Notes: generated from the sequence alone by a model not told the origin. A stretch of 63,967 nucleotides of DNA, filler included, from Octopus bimaculoides (GCF_001194135.2; 8 parts of 8 records of this genome joined end to end with filler, not necessarily neighbours in it); one strand, 5' to 3'; positions 12,354-25,760 are shown, counted from the first letter of the whole stretch. Numbers and translations: made by a program.

Positions 12354-14457
12354 AAATCTAATTATGGTGAGCAGATTACAGATAGGATTTTGTTTTTGAT
12401 TTGAAATTACCCCTATCAGCAGTTTTTCCCCCCTTTCCTCTTAATCTTAAGCAGGCTTACATCTTTCAGAGAGAAAGTCCATATATTTTACTCCATCCAA
12501 CCGCCCCACTCCACTTTCTTTACCCTAGTTACTAGGCTATTCTACAAATTGCATAATGTGCAATCCACTGATGCCACATGCATTATGTCTGTAGGTGAGT
12601 TTTACACTATAATAGTGCAACCCAGGAGAAATTATTTCATACTTGTCAAATACAGAAATCAATCAATCATCCAGAACATAAACACGTTCGTACACGCTCT
12701 ATCAAATCAAAAAACTTTCTTATTTGGTTATAAAAGACATGACACAAACAAACATTTACATTACTGATACACAATGGACAAACACACACATAGGAGTTAA
12801 CGTTTAGAATGAATAACTTACATCAGATAGCCATGTGAACCCAATAATGGGTAACATACAGAATCTTACATACCCAACATAGATAACAAAAAGATAGATG
12901 GCTGCACCAATGCTTCAGGAGAGAAACAAAGCATGATTCCAATGTGGTCAAAAAGTGGTCACTATTAAAAAACAAAACAAAAAACAACAAAAGTTGTTAA
13001 TTATTGTGGCACTTTATGTAATTAGTTCTAGGGGAGCCTATTACCATACAGAAACTAAAATAGTTGCTAGTAAGCCAAAGAATCATTACAATAACAACAG
13101 ACATTTATGAGGTACACACACACACACACACACACATGCAAGCATTCCACACATTTGTACAATTTTAAATAAGATTAGTTTGACTGACATGAATTAACCT
13201 AAAGGTAAAAAGAGAAAATGAGAGACATGGTTAAAATCTTTTGTGGATGAGGGTAATGATATATGTGTAAGTATGAATGAATATATCATTACACAAACAT
13301 ATATATTTATATATGCAGTAAACCTTAAATATCTCATCAAACTAACATATTGCTCAGATATAAGTATAGAGAGAAGAAAAGAAAAAACTATATGCATACA
13401 TATATACATATATATATGGCATAAATATTGTATCAAGTATTCAAAATTCTTCATTGGTTTATAACAGTATTTTTAAACCCAACAGCAGATATATATATAA
13501 GGATAGATCGGTGGTGATGGTAGGGGAAACATGATAATAGAAATTGAGAGATTTCCAACTAAAGAGTTTTGTAATAACATTTTCTTTTTGTTTTCCTTAT
13601 ATATATATATATTTTTTTGCCCTTTCAGAAACAAAAAGAGTGAGAGAAAGAGGAAGAAGAAAAAAAAAATCTATAGAAATAAAAATGTAATGATTTGTTT
13701 TAGCGGTTATATAGAAAAATATATAAATAAATATTTTTGTAAAAAATAACTTTCTTTTTGTACACAGACATTAGTATATACAAATCCGAAGAAATAAAAA
13801 AAAATTAAAGTTACATACAAAAAAAAAAAATTATAGGAAAGGATTGAAAGAAAAGAAGAAAAAAAAACTTGTCAAAAATTGATTTATTGTTAATTAAAAA
13901 GGCGGTTTTAGTTCTTGCCTTTTAACGAGAATTGAGGCAGGACAGACAGTCAGACAGAGAGGGGTGGATTGATATTGATCTTGATACTACCACAAGAACC
14001 AATTCCTTTATTGCATGTGTGTGTGTCATAGAATTTTAGCTTTAGTCAGAAAGCTTTGGGAAGGTCCACTCTGATGACATCAGATCTACATAAGGAGGAA
14101 CAGACTAATCAAGTTAGAAACTATTTTAGTGAGTCAAATTGATACAAGGCTGTTGGTTAAAAGATGATGTTTAACACTTGCCCATTACAACTACTCTATC
14201 TAAGAAACTCAATATATTATTCTTCATACTATGAATAGTATCATCCTATATGTGTCTGTATGAGCATATCTACATAAAATGAGATAGAGGAGTCTTCTAA
14301 TTACATGCTGTAAATTTGTCTATTTACTTAAAGCTAAAGATCTGAATTTATTTTCAGTAAATCAAGAATCTTTAATATGCATGTTTGTATAAATGCATGT
14401 ATATGTATACACACATATGCAAATATACTTATAGATGTGTGTGTTGTATGTGTGAAG

Positions 14458-14710
14458 GCATGTGACTTAATGGTTAGGGTGTTGCAGTCACAATCAACAG
14501 ATTGTTGGTTCGATTCCTGAGCAAAACACTTTGTTTCACATTGCTCCAATCTAGTCAGCTGTAAATGCATAACCCTGTGATAAACTGGCCTTCTGATCAA
14601 GGGTAATGTTGACCTGCTCAGCTAGCAGCAGGGTGGCATCATTCAAAAGCCAAAAGGAACCAAAGTACATTGTGACCAGTAATGTGTTACAACATCTAAT
14701 AGTCTGGTCA
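14458..14710 (+). mobile_element. Decayed SINE, family C-type head
   Basis: gacttaatggttagggtg...ggttcgattcctgagcaaaacactttgtttcacattgctcca. Confidence 0.7.
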
Positions 14711-17084
14711 ATGATGTGATATGTGTGTGTGTGTGTGTGTATATATATATGATCCAACAGATTCCAGTGAGGCTGGTGTTGTTCTGCGTCAGTAAGACAT
14801 TATGTAGTAAAATCAATAAAAAGACCACCGTGGACTTGTAATGAGGAGAGGAAATCCAAAGTTTCAGGCAAACTCTTTCTTCAAGGGAAAAGTTGAAAGG
14901 AGAGAAATAAACGAGACACAGCAGAGTTTTACATCTCTTAGTTGTAACTAGATTTTGTTTTAACTTAAAGGATGTAAAATGCTGCTGTGTCTGATTGACT
15001 TTTTCTCTTTCAACTTTTCCCTTGAAGAAGGACTGTGTCCAAAGCATTAGATTTTCCACTCCTCATAGCAAGTGCACTCTGCTCTTTAACTATTTCTACT
15101 ACATTGCATACACACACACACACACATATCTATTTATACATACATATATATGCATACCTATCTGAGCTGGAGCTACAAAATATTTAAGATTTGAAAGTAA
15201 AAGTAACTAAGAGTATAAAGATTTGTAGACAACATAAAAGATATTTAAATCATAAATCTTTAATTGGTTGCATAGTAACCAAATTATTTTGTTAGAGGTG
15301 ATGAGGATGAAGGGAAATGAGAGGACACAAAACTATAAAAAAAAAGTTTTAAAAAAGCTTCCAAATGGTATTATCTATGGAAAAACTAAAACTATTTTTA
15401 TATTCTGAGAGACTAGGAAGATATATATGATAGATTTATGACAGTTGGAAGTAAGGTTTCTCAATACCAAAATAGTGATTAATATTTTTATTTTGGTCAC
15501 ATCAAGCTCTTGTTAACTCTGAATTTTAATCTGTGAGTACACAGGATCTTCAAGAACATTACAAAGACCCTATTCTGGCTACTCACAGGTGAAACTCAGA
15601 GCAGCAAGAGACTAACTTGACCAAAATAAAATATATATAAATATTCAGTATTATTTCTGCCTCAGTTTGGACCTGTAAGATGTACATATATATATATGTA
15701 GAGAGAGATAGATAGATAGATAGAGATAGATAGAGAGCAGACAGCAGGAAATGAACAGTTTATGGGAGAATTCCATGAAAGCAATTGAAAAAATTGCTGC
15801 TGAGTCATTTTAATTTGAACACACAAAAACAACAACGACCAAGACAATAACATCAACAACAACGTTAGCAGCAATACCCGTTATGGAGACGTTTTTCACT
15901 TACAGCTGCAAAGATTTATTTATTTCTCCAGTTGCCACCTGATGCTTTTTGCCTTTCTTCTTCATCGTATTATTATTATTATTATTTTGTTGCTGCTATT
16001 GATGACAAAAACAAAACATACTGAAACACTTACATACATGCAAACATACATACATACAGACACACTATTCATTCGTAAACGTTTACATATGTGCAGAAAC
16101 ATTATATTTCCAGGTATTAAAAAAAAAAAAACATTTAATCCGTAAATAAAATTTACACAAGACTTGATTTCTTTTTTGGCTTTGTTTTTGCATATACTTT
16201 TCTTTTCCAGATCCACCACAGGGATTCAATCATTTCGCTTCATTTTTGTTTGTTTTTAGCTGGCTTATTTCACTTTGAGAGATGAACTGACTTAGTCATC
16301 CACTAACGAGTATACTCACAGTTTAAACCGACTCTTTGGTAAGGGAGGACGTGGTTGTTGGATTGGGGCTGGGGTGGGTGTTAGAGCAGAAATGGTTGAA
16401 GGAATTAGTGGNNNNNNNNNNNNNNNNNNNNNNNNNNNNNNNNNNNNNNNNNNNNNNNNNNNNNNNNNNNNNNNNNNNNNNNNNNNNNNNNNNNNNNNNN
16501 NNNNNNNNNNNNNNNNNNNNNNNNNNNNNNNNNNNNNNNNNNNNNNNNNNNNNNNNNNNNNNNNNNNNNNNNNNNNNNNNNNNNNNNNNNNNNNNNNNNN
16601 NNNNNNNNNNNNNNNNNNNNNNNNNNNNNNNNNNNNNNNNNNNNNNNNNNNNNNNNNNNNNNNNNNNNNNNNNNNNNNNNNNNNNNNNNNNNNNNNNNNN
16701 NNNNNNNNNNNNNNNNNNNNNNNNNNNNNNNNNNNNNNNNNNNNNNNNNNNNNNNNNNNNNNNNNNNNNNNNNNNNNNNNNNNNNNNNNNNNNNNNNNNN
16801 NNNNNNNNNNNNNNNNNNNNNNNNNNNNNNNNNNNNNNNNNNNNNNNNNNNNNNNNNNNNATTTTAAACCTTTTTTGTTGAGCCAAAACAATGTGAGATA
16901 TAAGAAACGAGAGAAGTCAGTGGTTCATACTTTTGTCTTGTATTTTGATATTTCGAGGTTAAAACCTCTTCAAGAAATTTTCAGAGATTTAATGTTTTGA
17001 GCCGGTTTTTCTGCTCTGCAATACAAACCAATGAATAGGATTAAAGGATAAAGAACCTTCCTGAGTAATATAGACTCATAGGAC

Positions 17085-17280
17085 CAATTTCCAGGTTTTT
17101 GTGGATGAGATGCCAGTTCATTGCAGGGTTATTCATTTTCACCAGCTTAGTGGACTGGAGCAACATGAAATGAAGTGTTTTGTTCACGAACACAACAAAT
17201 CACCCAGTCCAGGAATTGAAACCACAATCTTACGATCATGAGTCCAACATCCTAACCACTAAGCCATGCACCTCCACACA
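17085..17280 (-). mobile_element. SINE, family C-type head and core
   Basis: Reverse complement reads gcatggcttagtggttagg...ggtttcaattcctgg...cacttcatttcatgttgctccagtccact. Confidence 0.75.
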
Positions 17281-17428
17281 AACTAATATCTTATATTTCT
17301 TATAACTTGCATTGTTTTGGCTTTTTTCTTTTAAAATCAAAAGCTTTTAATCTATATCAGACACTGCTTCATGTAAACTACACTACTCTAATATATGTGT
17401 GTGTGCATGTGTACACATACACAATTGT

Positions 17429-17472
<44 letters not shown>

Positions 17473-18459
17473 TATATTTATCAAATGTCCCTTAAGTTAA
17501 AGGCTTTGCATCAGTTTCCTGATATGATGGTGCCGGTGTAAAAACAAAAAAGCTCATGGATAGGATGCCAGTCACGTTAGGTAAGATATCCATTAAAAAA
17601 AACCTGGTATCTGTTACTGATAAAATGGTGAACGAGGATTGATGTAGAGTGAAGTGTTACTATCCTTATGAAAAAAATGCAAGAAAGCACTCCAGCAGTG
17701 AAATTTGAACTCTTTGACCTACACAGGAGGTCAGCCAAATATTTGTACTCATACAGCCATTGTGCAGCTCCTTTATATAACACACATACACAAGCACAAA
17801 CAGGAAAGAGATGGTTGATGGTGGGAAGGTGGGTGCCAGTTAAAAAAAGAAAACAAACAAAAATTGCCTTATTTTTCTGAATTTAGGTGGGTGGGGTAGG
17901 TGGGGGGAATAAAATGGAAAGTAAAGAAAAGAAACAGCAACATAAACACCCCTGCCACTGCCGCCATGTCCAGTTTTTTTTTCCCCTTCTTATTTTGCCA
18001 TTATTTGCCTTTTGAAATACCCTGCTCAAACCATCAAACATTTATGGTCTTTACCCAGATATAGAATCATTTTTTTCTGTTTTCCTTTTATTTATTGTTT
18101 TTAATATCTTTTCTTTTTCTTCTCTATCATCCTCATCATCATCTTCATCAACTATAATTTAAAAGGAGAGGAAGGGGGGATGAATAAGAAACAACAACAA
18201 AAAAGTTTTCATTTGTAAAACATCACAGCTCTCTTTTTCTTTTGAAAGAATGGAGACCTACATTACAACTGTAGGAGACCAATGTATGTATGCTTGCATG
18301 TATGAGTGTGTGTGTCTGTATGTATGTATGTATATATATATATATATATATNNNNNNNNNNNNNNNNNNNNNNNNNNNNNNNNNNNNNNNNNNNNNNNNN
18401 NNNNNNNNNNNNNNNNNNNNNNNNNNNNNNNNNNNNNNNNNNNNNNNNNNNNGCCACCA

Positions 18460-18989
18460 TCAAACATCAAAAGTCCAGTTATCTGTGGTAGAGAGACTGT
18501 GTTGTAAATTGTTCACTGTAGGTTCCATGACATGGTACTGTAGTTGTTGTTGTTGCTGTTGTGAATGCAATGGAATGGTTGCAGAGGATGATAAATGATT
18601 TAAGTCTGTTCTTTGGCTTGGAAGAGATGAAGACAGCAAAGGTGTCTGCTGTGTTACAGTTATTGTTGTTGCTGGTGTTGGTGTTTTTGATAAAGATGAC
18701 GTTGATGAAGATGAAATAGAGGATGGATGACAAGGTGGAGATAGCTGTTGTTGTTGCTGTGAATGTAACTGTTGTTGTTGTGACAATAAGTGTTGTTGCT
18801 CTGGTGGGAGGTCTGTGGGCTCAGCTGACTGCTGTTGTCTTGACGACGATGGTGATGTGGAAAGAGTCTCGTAGGGGGGAGGGGGAGGTATATTTACAGT
18901 TTTGTCAGGACAAGATGGCAGAGGAGAAGAACAGGGTCGGTTGTGGAGGTAATTGGATGAAGGACTTTTGCACTGGACTTGTGGCATCA
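18460..18989 (-). CDS. Terminal coding exon of an unidentified protein (Ser/Pro/Gln-rich, PPPPY motif, ends TDNWTFDV*)
   Basis: Strong acceptor tttttttttctgatttttaaaatctattttcag|TG, phase 1. Open 176-codon frame to TGA at 18460-18462. Phase matches the 21235 donor. Confidence 0.72.
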
Positions 18990-20597
18990 CTGAAAATAGA
19001 TTTTAAAAATCAGAAAAAAAAAAGATCAGTTGGTCGTAAAATTAAACGTTTAAAAAATATTTTGAATATTTTTTTTTTAATGGATGAAACTCATCAACAA
19101 AGGTAAACAAAAATAAGTCATGTCAGAATAGCAAAGCGAGTTAGCTCCCTTGAATAATAAATTACAAGCTAAAATGCCGAAATATTTTCTCTTATACCAA
19201 TAAATTCTACAACTAATTAGGTTCACATACTGATTACTAATATGAATTACTGACACTGGAACATAGCTACACATTTTTAAAGGAACGATGAAATATAGTG
19301 CCAAATGGTTGGGATAACCTCAGCAAAATGAGACTGTAGTTTTCCTGTATGCTTAGCAGTTTAAAACTATGTGATAGTTATAGCTATCACTAGCAAATTT
19401 GCAGAACTTTTGCTTAATTGCTTCAGGTATCCATGTAGTCATGAGCAAGCATACACAACAACTTAGTCTTCCCACACCTGGTGGGTAGATTTGGAAGAAC
19501 ATAATGTGGTTTGCTAAGGCAAAAAAAAAAAAATACATGTGTCATCCAGTCATGGAATTGAACTCATGGCCTTCTGATTGTGAGCTCAATACTTTAACCA
19601 CTAAGCTATGTTGCTTCACAGTCTAAAACTATTTTATCATTTTACTTAAATTGGTAAAGACAAGTATTGTCATTCCTCAATATGACGTGTTCTAGTAACA
19701 AATTAATGAGAATGCAGCAAAAATTGAGGAAAATGTGTGAATAATAATAAAAATAATTAAAGTTTGCAGAAATATTTAGTAAATACAGGCAGCAGACCAG
19801 AGATTGTGAAGGAGAGCAGTAGGTAGGAGTTGATCTAAAAGACTCCAAGTACTTGGTTGGTTGGTTCTTTATATTTTTCAACCCGCCAGTGAAATGTGGA
19901 GAGATTTGAGGTCAGAAAGTAAAGGGAGATAACTACACACAGCAAGGTATTTTAAACAGTTGAAGCATTGATTCCGTCAGTCACTGCCTAATACATTGTA
20001 GGACACATACCAAACTAATTGATAGAGGATTAATAAAAAATAAAAAAAAACTTGGGATAATCCTTCAGCTTTTCTGGTCTCTACACTTGTAGAGTTGAGT
20101 AAGAAGTTACATGAGAATTTATAGAATTTCTTCACAGAAATAATGTTGCAACTGAATATCCATCCATCTATTTTTTCCACTAGGATAGTCTTTAGGAGCC
20201 TCTTCAATAGGATCTTGTCAAAAGCAACAATCATTACACTTTCCAACAGAGATTGTGGATATTATCAAACTATCTCATTCTTAGTCTACTCCCAGATCTT
20301 CCTGCCAGTTGGCTCAGCTCGAAGCATCTGCCATGTGACCCTTTTCTATGCCATTCTAACTGCATGTTCATAGTACCAGAGCTGTGACCTCTCAATGTGG
20401 AGTAGCAACTTGGCCCTGATCACTGGGTAATGCATCCTGCTGAGTAACGTTACTCCGGAGATTCTTCAGAGGAACACTATTTCAATCGCAATTGAATATT
20501 CCACACAGAAACAATACTGTGGACGAAACCACTGGCAAGCAGAATGTAATGGACTGAGTTATTGACGTGTTGAATAAATTACACTTAGCTTTCATCA

Positions 20598-20775
20598 TCG
20601 TCATTTAACGTTCGTTTTCCATGTTGGCATGGGTTGCATGTTTGACTGGAGAGCTGCACCAGGCTCCTGTCAGCTATTTTGGCATGGTTTCTACAGCTGA
20701 ATGCACTTCCTAATGCCAATTACTTTACTGTGTACTGGATGCTTTTTATGTGGCACCGGCAACAGCAGGATTACC
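20598..20775 (-). mobile_element. Repeat with (GAT)n 3' tail, probably an RTE-type LINE or SINE 3' end
   Basis: catcatcgtcatttaacgttcgttttccatg...ggcatggtttctacagctgaatgc...cttcctaatgccaa. Same family in + orientation at about 59270-59440 and 60715-60870. Confidence 0.55.
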
Positions 20776-21234
20776 AAATAACTTGCAAGACAAAAGACCT
20801 CTTGATTGAGAGAAGGCATGGAACTGAGGGAAGTGGCGGTGTGCTCAAAGGACAGAGATAGTCATTTTGCTATAGAGGAGATACCTGGCTACACACCAAA
20901 TGGTAATTAAACTAGGGTGTTGTTAACAATAGCTCACTACTTCAGAAAATTGAGAGGGAGTAATTTCTTCAATAACTAAATGATCATGGAACACCAGATC
21001 TTTTCTTCCAAGAATGTTAACTCTGAAATTTTATTGCCAGCCACATTTTTCTATATCACTGTCTAAACTGTACATCAACCATATCTGTCTGATCTGAGTT
21101 ATTGGTCTCTGCCCTTCTTTATGGTTGAACCATTGAAAAAAAAAAAAAAATTCCCAGTAAAATCCCTTCAAAAATATATATCCTAGTATGATTTTATTGG
21201 AAGTGAAGTGTGAAGCAAAGTATAGGGTACAAAC

Positions 21235-21573
21235 CTTGATCAGTCTCCCACGAAGTTCCAGGTGGTTGAGAACCATGATATCTGTCTGCAGATATACTTT
21301 CTGGGCCTACCCTGAGGTAAGCTCTGCGCAAACTAGCAGGTGATGTTCCTGGTAAAGCAGGGAATCTGTGTATCCTTTCAATAGAATCAGGTGGGCAGTC
21401 GCTGTCAACGAGGCTGTCAGGGCACGATGTCTGTGGATGGAAGGTCTGCATTGTCGAGTGATTGGTGGAATGTTCTGCAGAGTTGCCGCCTGTATGAGTA
21501 CTGCTAGTGCTGCGAGAACTCTTTAAAGTGTCACTCTCACTGTTTGGACAATGTAAACTCGATATACTATTAC
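21235..21573 (-). CDS. Internal 339-bp symmetric (phase 1-1) exon of the same unidentified gene
   Basis: tatttcttttgtggcag|(G)NSISSLHCPNSESDTLKSS...ERIHRFPALPGTSPASLRRAYLRVGPES...WETDQ|gtttgt. Open frame with higher GC than its flanks. Confidence 0.72.
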
Positions 21574-22151
21574 CTGCCACAAAAGAAATAGTACAGAATG
21601 TTAATTAACAGAAACAAAATTAAACTGTTATGAAATCAATCAAGTACTTGGAATCTTATTGTAGTAACCAACGTTTGTTGTTGAGGAGCTTGAATAAGGG
21701 AAAAGGAGATAGAACAAAAATACCACTATGTGTCCATGGTAGCAGTTTCTCTTTACTATCTTTAGTTGTGGAATTATGTTAATTTTTGCACCTGCCTTTT
21801 CTATGTTGGCACAGGTATTTATGTACATATACACACACACACCAGACCCCAAAATGAAGCTGAAGGCTGATTTAAAACCAGGATAATTCTTACTTTATTT
21901 TCAACCCCGTTGCATCTTGAAAACCAGAATTTCTGCTATTTCACATCCAGAGGTCGACAGATTCCTCCTTTGGAGTTTAAGCTTCTGTCATTAGTCTGGC
22001 TCTTCAGCTGAATATCTATTTTTTTTTTAATACAAACATTAACAAAGACTACATTCTTCTCAAAAGTAACCACATTGGAAGATTATTGTGTGTGCGTATG
22101 TGTGAACCCTTTTACTGGTTCCATTTATGCTGAGGCAGGGTACTGCCTTTA

Positions 22152-22187
22152 ACATTGGCTCCAGTACATTTGTACTGGAGCCAATGT
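22152..22187. repeat. Perfect 17-bp inverted repeat with 2-nt spacer
   Basis: acattggctccagtaca-tt-tgtactggagccaatgt. Confidence 0.95.
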
Positions 22188-22379
22188 CTGATAGAAACAT
22201 TTGGTCATGGGTCACAAAGCATCTTATTTAATAAACGGTTTATTCCTCATTTTGAGTCCTTTATTTGAGAGTAGCTTCAAGTTCATAACTGGTCTCTCAA
22301 ATTTGTGTGAGTGAGTATGTGTTGATTTGAATGTGTAAATAACATAACATTTAAATATGAACTTCATCTTGAAGCCTAC

Positions 22380-22551
22380 CGTTTCTGTAGACTGTTGGGT
22401 GTAAAAAGACAGTTGTGAACAAAATTTGGGTATGAAAGACATTTCGGCTGTCTGAGGAATGACCATGTGTGGGGGTGGGGGCTGCTTTGACAAACTTGAC
22501 TAAAATTATGGGATGTAGTATGAAAAATACTGCAAAGAGAGGTGTGTGCAT
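22380..22551 (-). CDS. Candidate upstream exon: either a first coding exon with a signal-peptide-like start, or a 150-bp cassette exon 22380-22529
   Basis: ATG at 22551 gives MHTPLFAVFFILHPIILVKFVKAAPTPT...VYRN, then a phase-1 donor G|gtaggc. An internal acceptor ctctctttgcag| at 22530 is also phase 1. Confidence 0.35.
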
Positions 22552-22554
22552 ACA

Positions 22555-22598
<44 letters not shown>

Positions 22599-23896
22599 NN
22601 NNNNNNNNNNNNNNNNNNNNNNNNNNNNNNNNNNNNNNNNNNNNNNNNNNNNNNNNNNNNNNNNNNNNNNNNNNNNNNNNNNNNNNNNNNNNNNNNNNNN
22701 NNNNNNNNNNNNNNNNNNNNNNNNNNNNNNNNNNNNNNNNNNNNNNNNNNNNNNNNNNNNNNNNNNNNNNNNNNNNNNNNNNNNNNNNNNNNNNNNNNNN
22801 NNNNNNNNNNNNNNNNNNNNNNNNNNNNNNNNNNNNNNNNNNNNNNNNNNNNNNNNNNNNNNNNNNNNNNNNNNNNNNNNNNNNNNNNNNNNNNNNNNNN
22901 NNNNNNNNNNNNNNNNNNNNNNNNNNNNNNNNGAGAGGAGGGGTGGGTGGGAACAGAGCAAGGAAGAGGTGTAGATGAGCAGGAGGTGGGGTGGGGTGGG
23001 ATGGATGGTGTTGGAGCAGGGGGGGGAGGAATTCCTTCATTGTTGAATCCCTCACCAGAACAACCTTCTTCATCCAGTAGCAACAAACATATCTGTTTAT
23101 CCTTTAACCATGTGATGTTAGAAAGAAAGGGGCTATGAAAAGAGGGAGAGTGGAGTTAGGGAATTGGTGGTGGTGGATGAGTGGGGAATGAAGCAAAGAA
23201 GACAAGGGAAGAAAGCAAGGGTGTAAGAAAAAAAAAACAAAAGAAAAACAAAAACCCTTGATTAGGCTGTGATATGTTTGTTACATAGCTTCCAATATAA
23301 GTAAAGGGGCTTCAGTGTGGTAGTAGCAATAACAGCTGTAATAGTAATGATAGAGATAGTAGTAGTAGTAGTAGTGGTGCTGGTAGTGAAAGGGTACTGG
23401 GTGTCGTGAGATGTGAGAGATGGGTTGTGGAGAGAGAGAGAGAGAGAGTGATGAAAGGATGCTTCCAGAACTAGCAGAGTCTTCGGTGAGACGCGAAAGA
23501 GCTGGCTCCTGTTTTCCTAGTTATGGTTCCGCGGACAGTGTTTTGTCAGGCACTCGATCAATAATACAGATATTGCCACAAATATTTAAAAAGTAAATAA
23601 TGAGCAGAAAGTTGAGGAAACTTAGTGAAAACAGAAAGAGAGATGAGGAATTTGCAGATCTTTTTTTTTTTTTTTTAGTAAAACAAACGTTTATGTAGAA
23701 AGATAAGTTATCTCTGACTGACTATCTGTATTTGTACATCACCATGTGTGTATACACACACACACACANNNNNNNNNNNNNNNNNNNNNNNNNNNNNNNN
23801 NNNNNNNNNNNNTTAATTAATTAANNNNNNNNNNNNNNNNNNNNNNNNNNNNNNNNNNNNNNNNNNNNTATGTATATATATATGCATATATATATT

Positions 23897-23930
<34 letters not shown>

Positions 23931-24924
23931 AAGACAGAGAAAAAGTGAGATGGAGAGGTGGAGAGGGAATAGAAAGAGAAAGAGTGAGAAAGATAGGGAG
24001 AAGGAGAGAAAGGGAGAGAGAGAGATAGAGAGAGAGATTCATATTTCTAAAGAACTTATGGAACATTAAATAATATTGATTTCATTGGACCATAGCAGAC
24101 GGAATGCTTAATTAAATTGTTAGAATATTTTAGCCCCTAACACCTCCCCCCAAAAAACACAACAAATAAAGAGACTAAGTCACTGGAGATGACTTACTAG
24201 AGCATTACGGTCTTAGGTATACCATGTACACAAATATTTACATAAAATTTATGTTAAAATGACTCATATATATAGTGCCACTTGTTTGTTAAAATAACTC
24301 TTGTTGATTATATATATATGACGAGCTTCTTTCAGTTTCCGTCTACCAAATCCTCTCCGAAGAACCCCTTGAAAAGAAGCCATAAATTAATAGACCAATT
24401 TTCTTGCTTCTTATTTATCAAATTGCATTAAAGCTTAGTATGAACATTTTCATTATTTCTATCTCTACCGCATTTATAGAAATACCTTCAGTGACATACC
24501 GTTTCCAAGTTTAGTCAATACGTATAATGACCTAAAAATGGAAGATTTCGAAATGCCAGGGTTTAAATCAATTGTTGGAATTGATAACGAGCGATTTTTT
24601 AATGTTTTCTTTGCAAGCTTAAACACACATAATTCGCATACTTGTAGACGATATGATGTTTTTTTTTCTCTCAGATGAAGAGGTCCCATACCAAATTGCT
24701 ATCATCTATCGGTTGTATAAAATAATCAATATTTTTACAGCCATTTAATGCAATAATTCATTCTCTAATGATAAATTATTCAATCAATTGCCATTTAATA
24801 AAAGAAGAAAACGTAAACGTGTTTAATTTCGATTTCTTAAAGAGACAGACCTGAAGCGTGTAAATATCGGATATATCATATTAACTGTGAGACTGAGGGC
24901 AATTTTCCTCTTTATATTATAGCT

Positions 24925-25010
24925 TACTCACATTCGATTTACAACACCTTTGTGTAGTGATTGGAAGGAGGCGTGTCTGCTCTGATTCATTGACGTAATA
25001 TATTCAGTTT
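24925..25010 (-). promoter_or_regulatory. Possible promoter or first-exon end
   Basis: Minus-strand donor aat|GTGAGTAAG at 24931, a CCAAT box (plus strand gattgg, ~24960), a CRE-like TGACGTAA (~24992) and more CpG than the region downstream. Confidence 0.25.
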
Positions 25011-25544
25011 GGTTTAGATTGCAACCACCACCCATATCCATCTGAGATAACAGTATCGATAGTTGCTTTTAGAAAATAATAAATGTGACTGAAAGTTAGA
25101 CAAGTGCATATATGTTCAAATTATATTCCACATGTAATGATTGAATCTAACATTATTTCTAATTTCTATTGAAATAACCTATGGAGTGAAGAGGTTGAAG
25201 AAGAAAATTTAGAATGATTATCTGGTTGTCTGTGAAAATTTTACGCGGCAACTATCTGATTCTGATTCTGATTCTACAGTAGAGCACACACAAAGATCAT
25301 ATAACACTGCCGCAAAACAACATAAATCTTATAAATAAAATTAGGCTGAGGGATTACGTTTAGAAGTCTGTATTAAACACACACACACACGCGAACACAC
25401 ACAATGTTGAAGCTAAATTTCATGACTTTTATGATTCCGCTTTGCATAGGTGAACAGTCAACGACGTTCGAGGGCATAAATATTTAAACCGTTGCCGAGA
25501 AAAAGTTATCTGATATGGAGAACTGGAATCCATCTGAATATTCT

Positions 25545-25760
25545 TTTCTACAAAAAAAGGTACAAGGCCCGAAACTTGGGGGAAGAGGGCTAGTGAATTA
25601 GATCGACCCCAATACGCAACTGATACGTGTTTTATTGACTTCGAAAGGATGAAAGGCAAAGTCGACCTCGGCGGAATTCGAACTCAGAACATAAAGACAG
25701 ACGAAATACCGCTAGATATTTCACCCGGCGTGATAACATTTGTCAGCTCGCAGCCTTATA
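25545..25760 (-). mobile_element. SINE family A
   Basis: gaaaggatgaaaggcaaagtcgacctcggcggaattcgaactcagaac...gtcagctcgc. Confidence 0.85.

Noticed and set aside
20150-20560. Higher-GC intronic segment as an extra exon of the minus gene
   Set aside because: Stops in all three frames after the best acceptors; only short open pieces remain.
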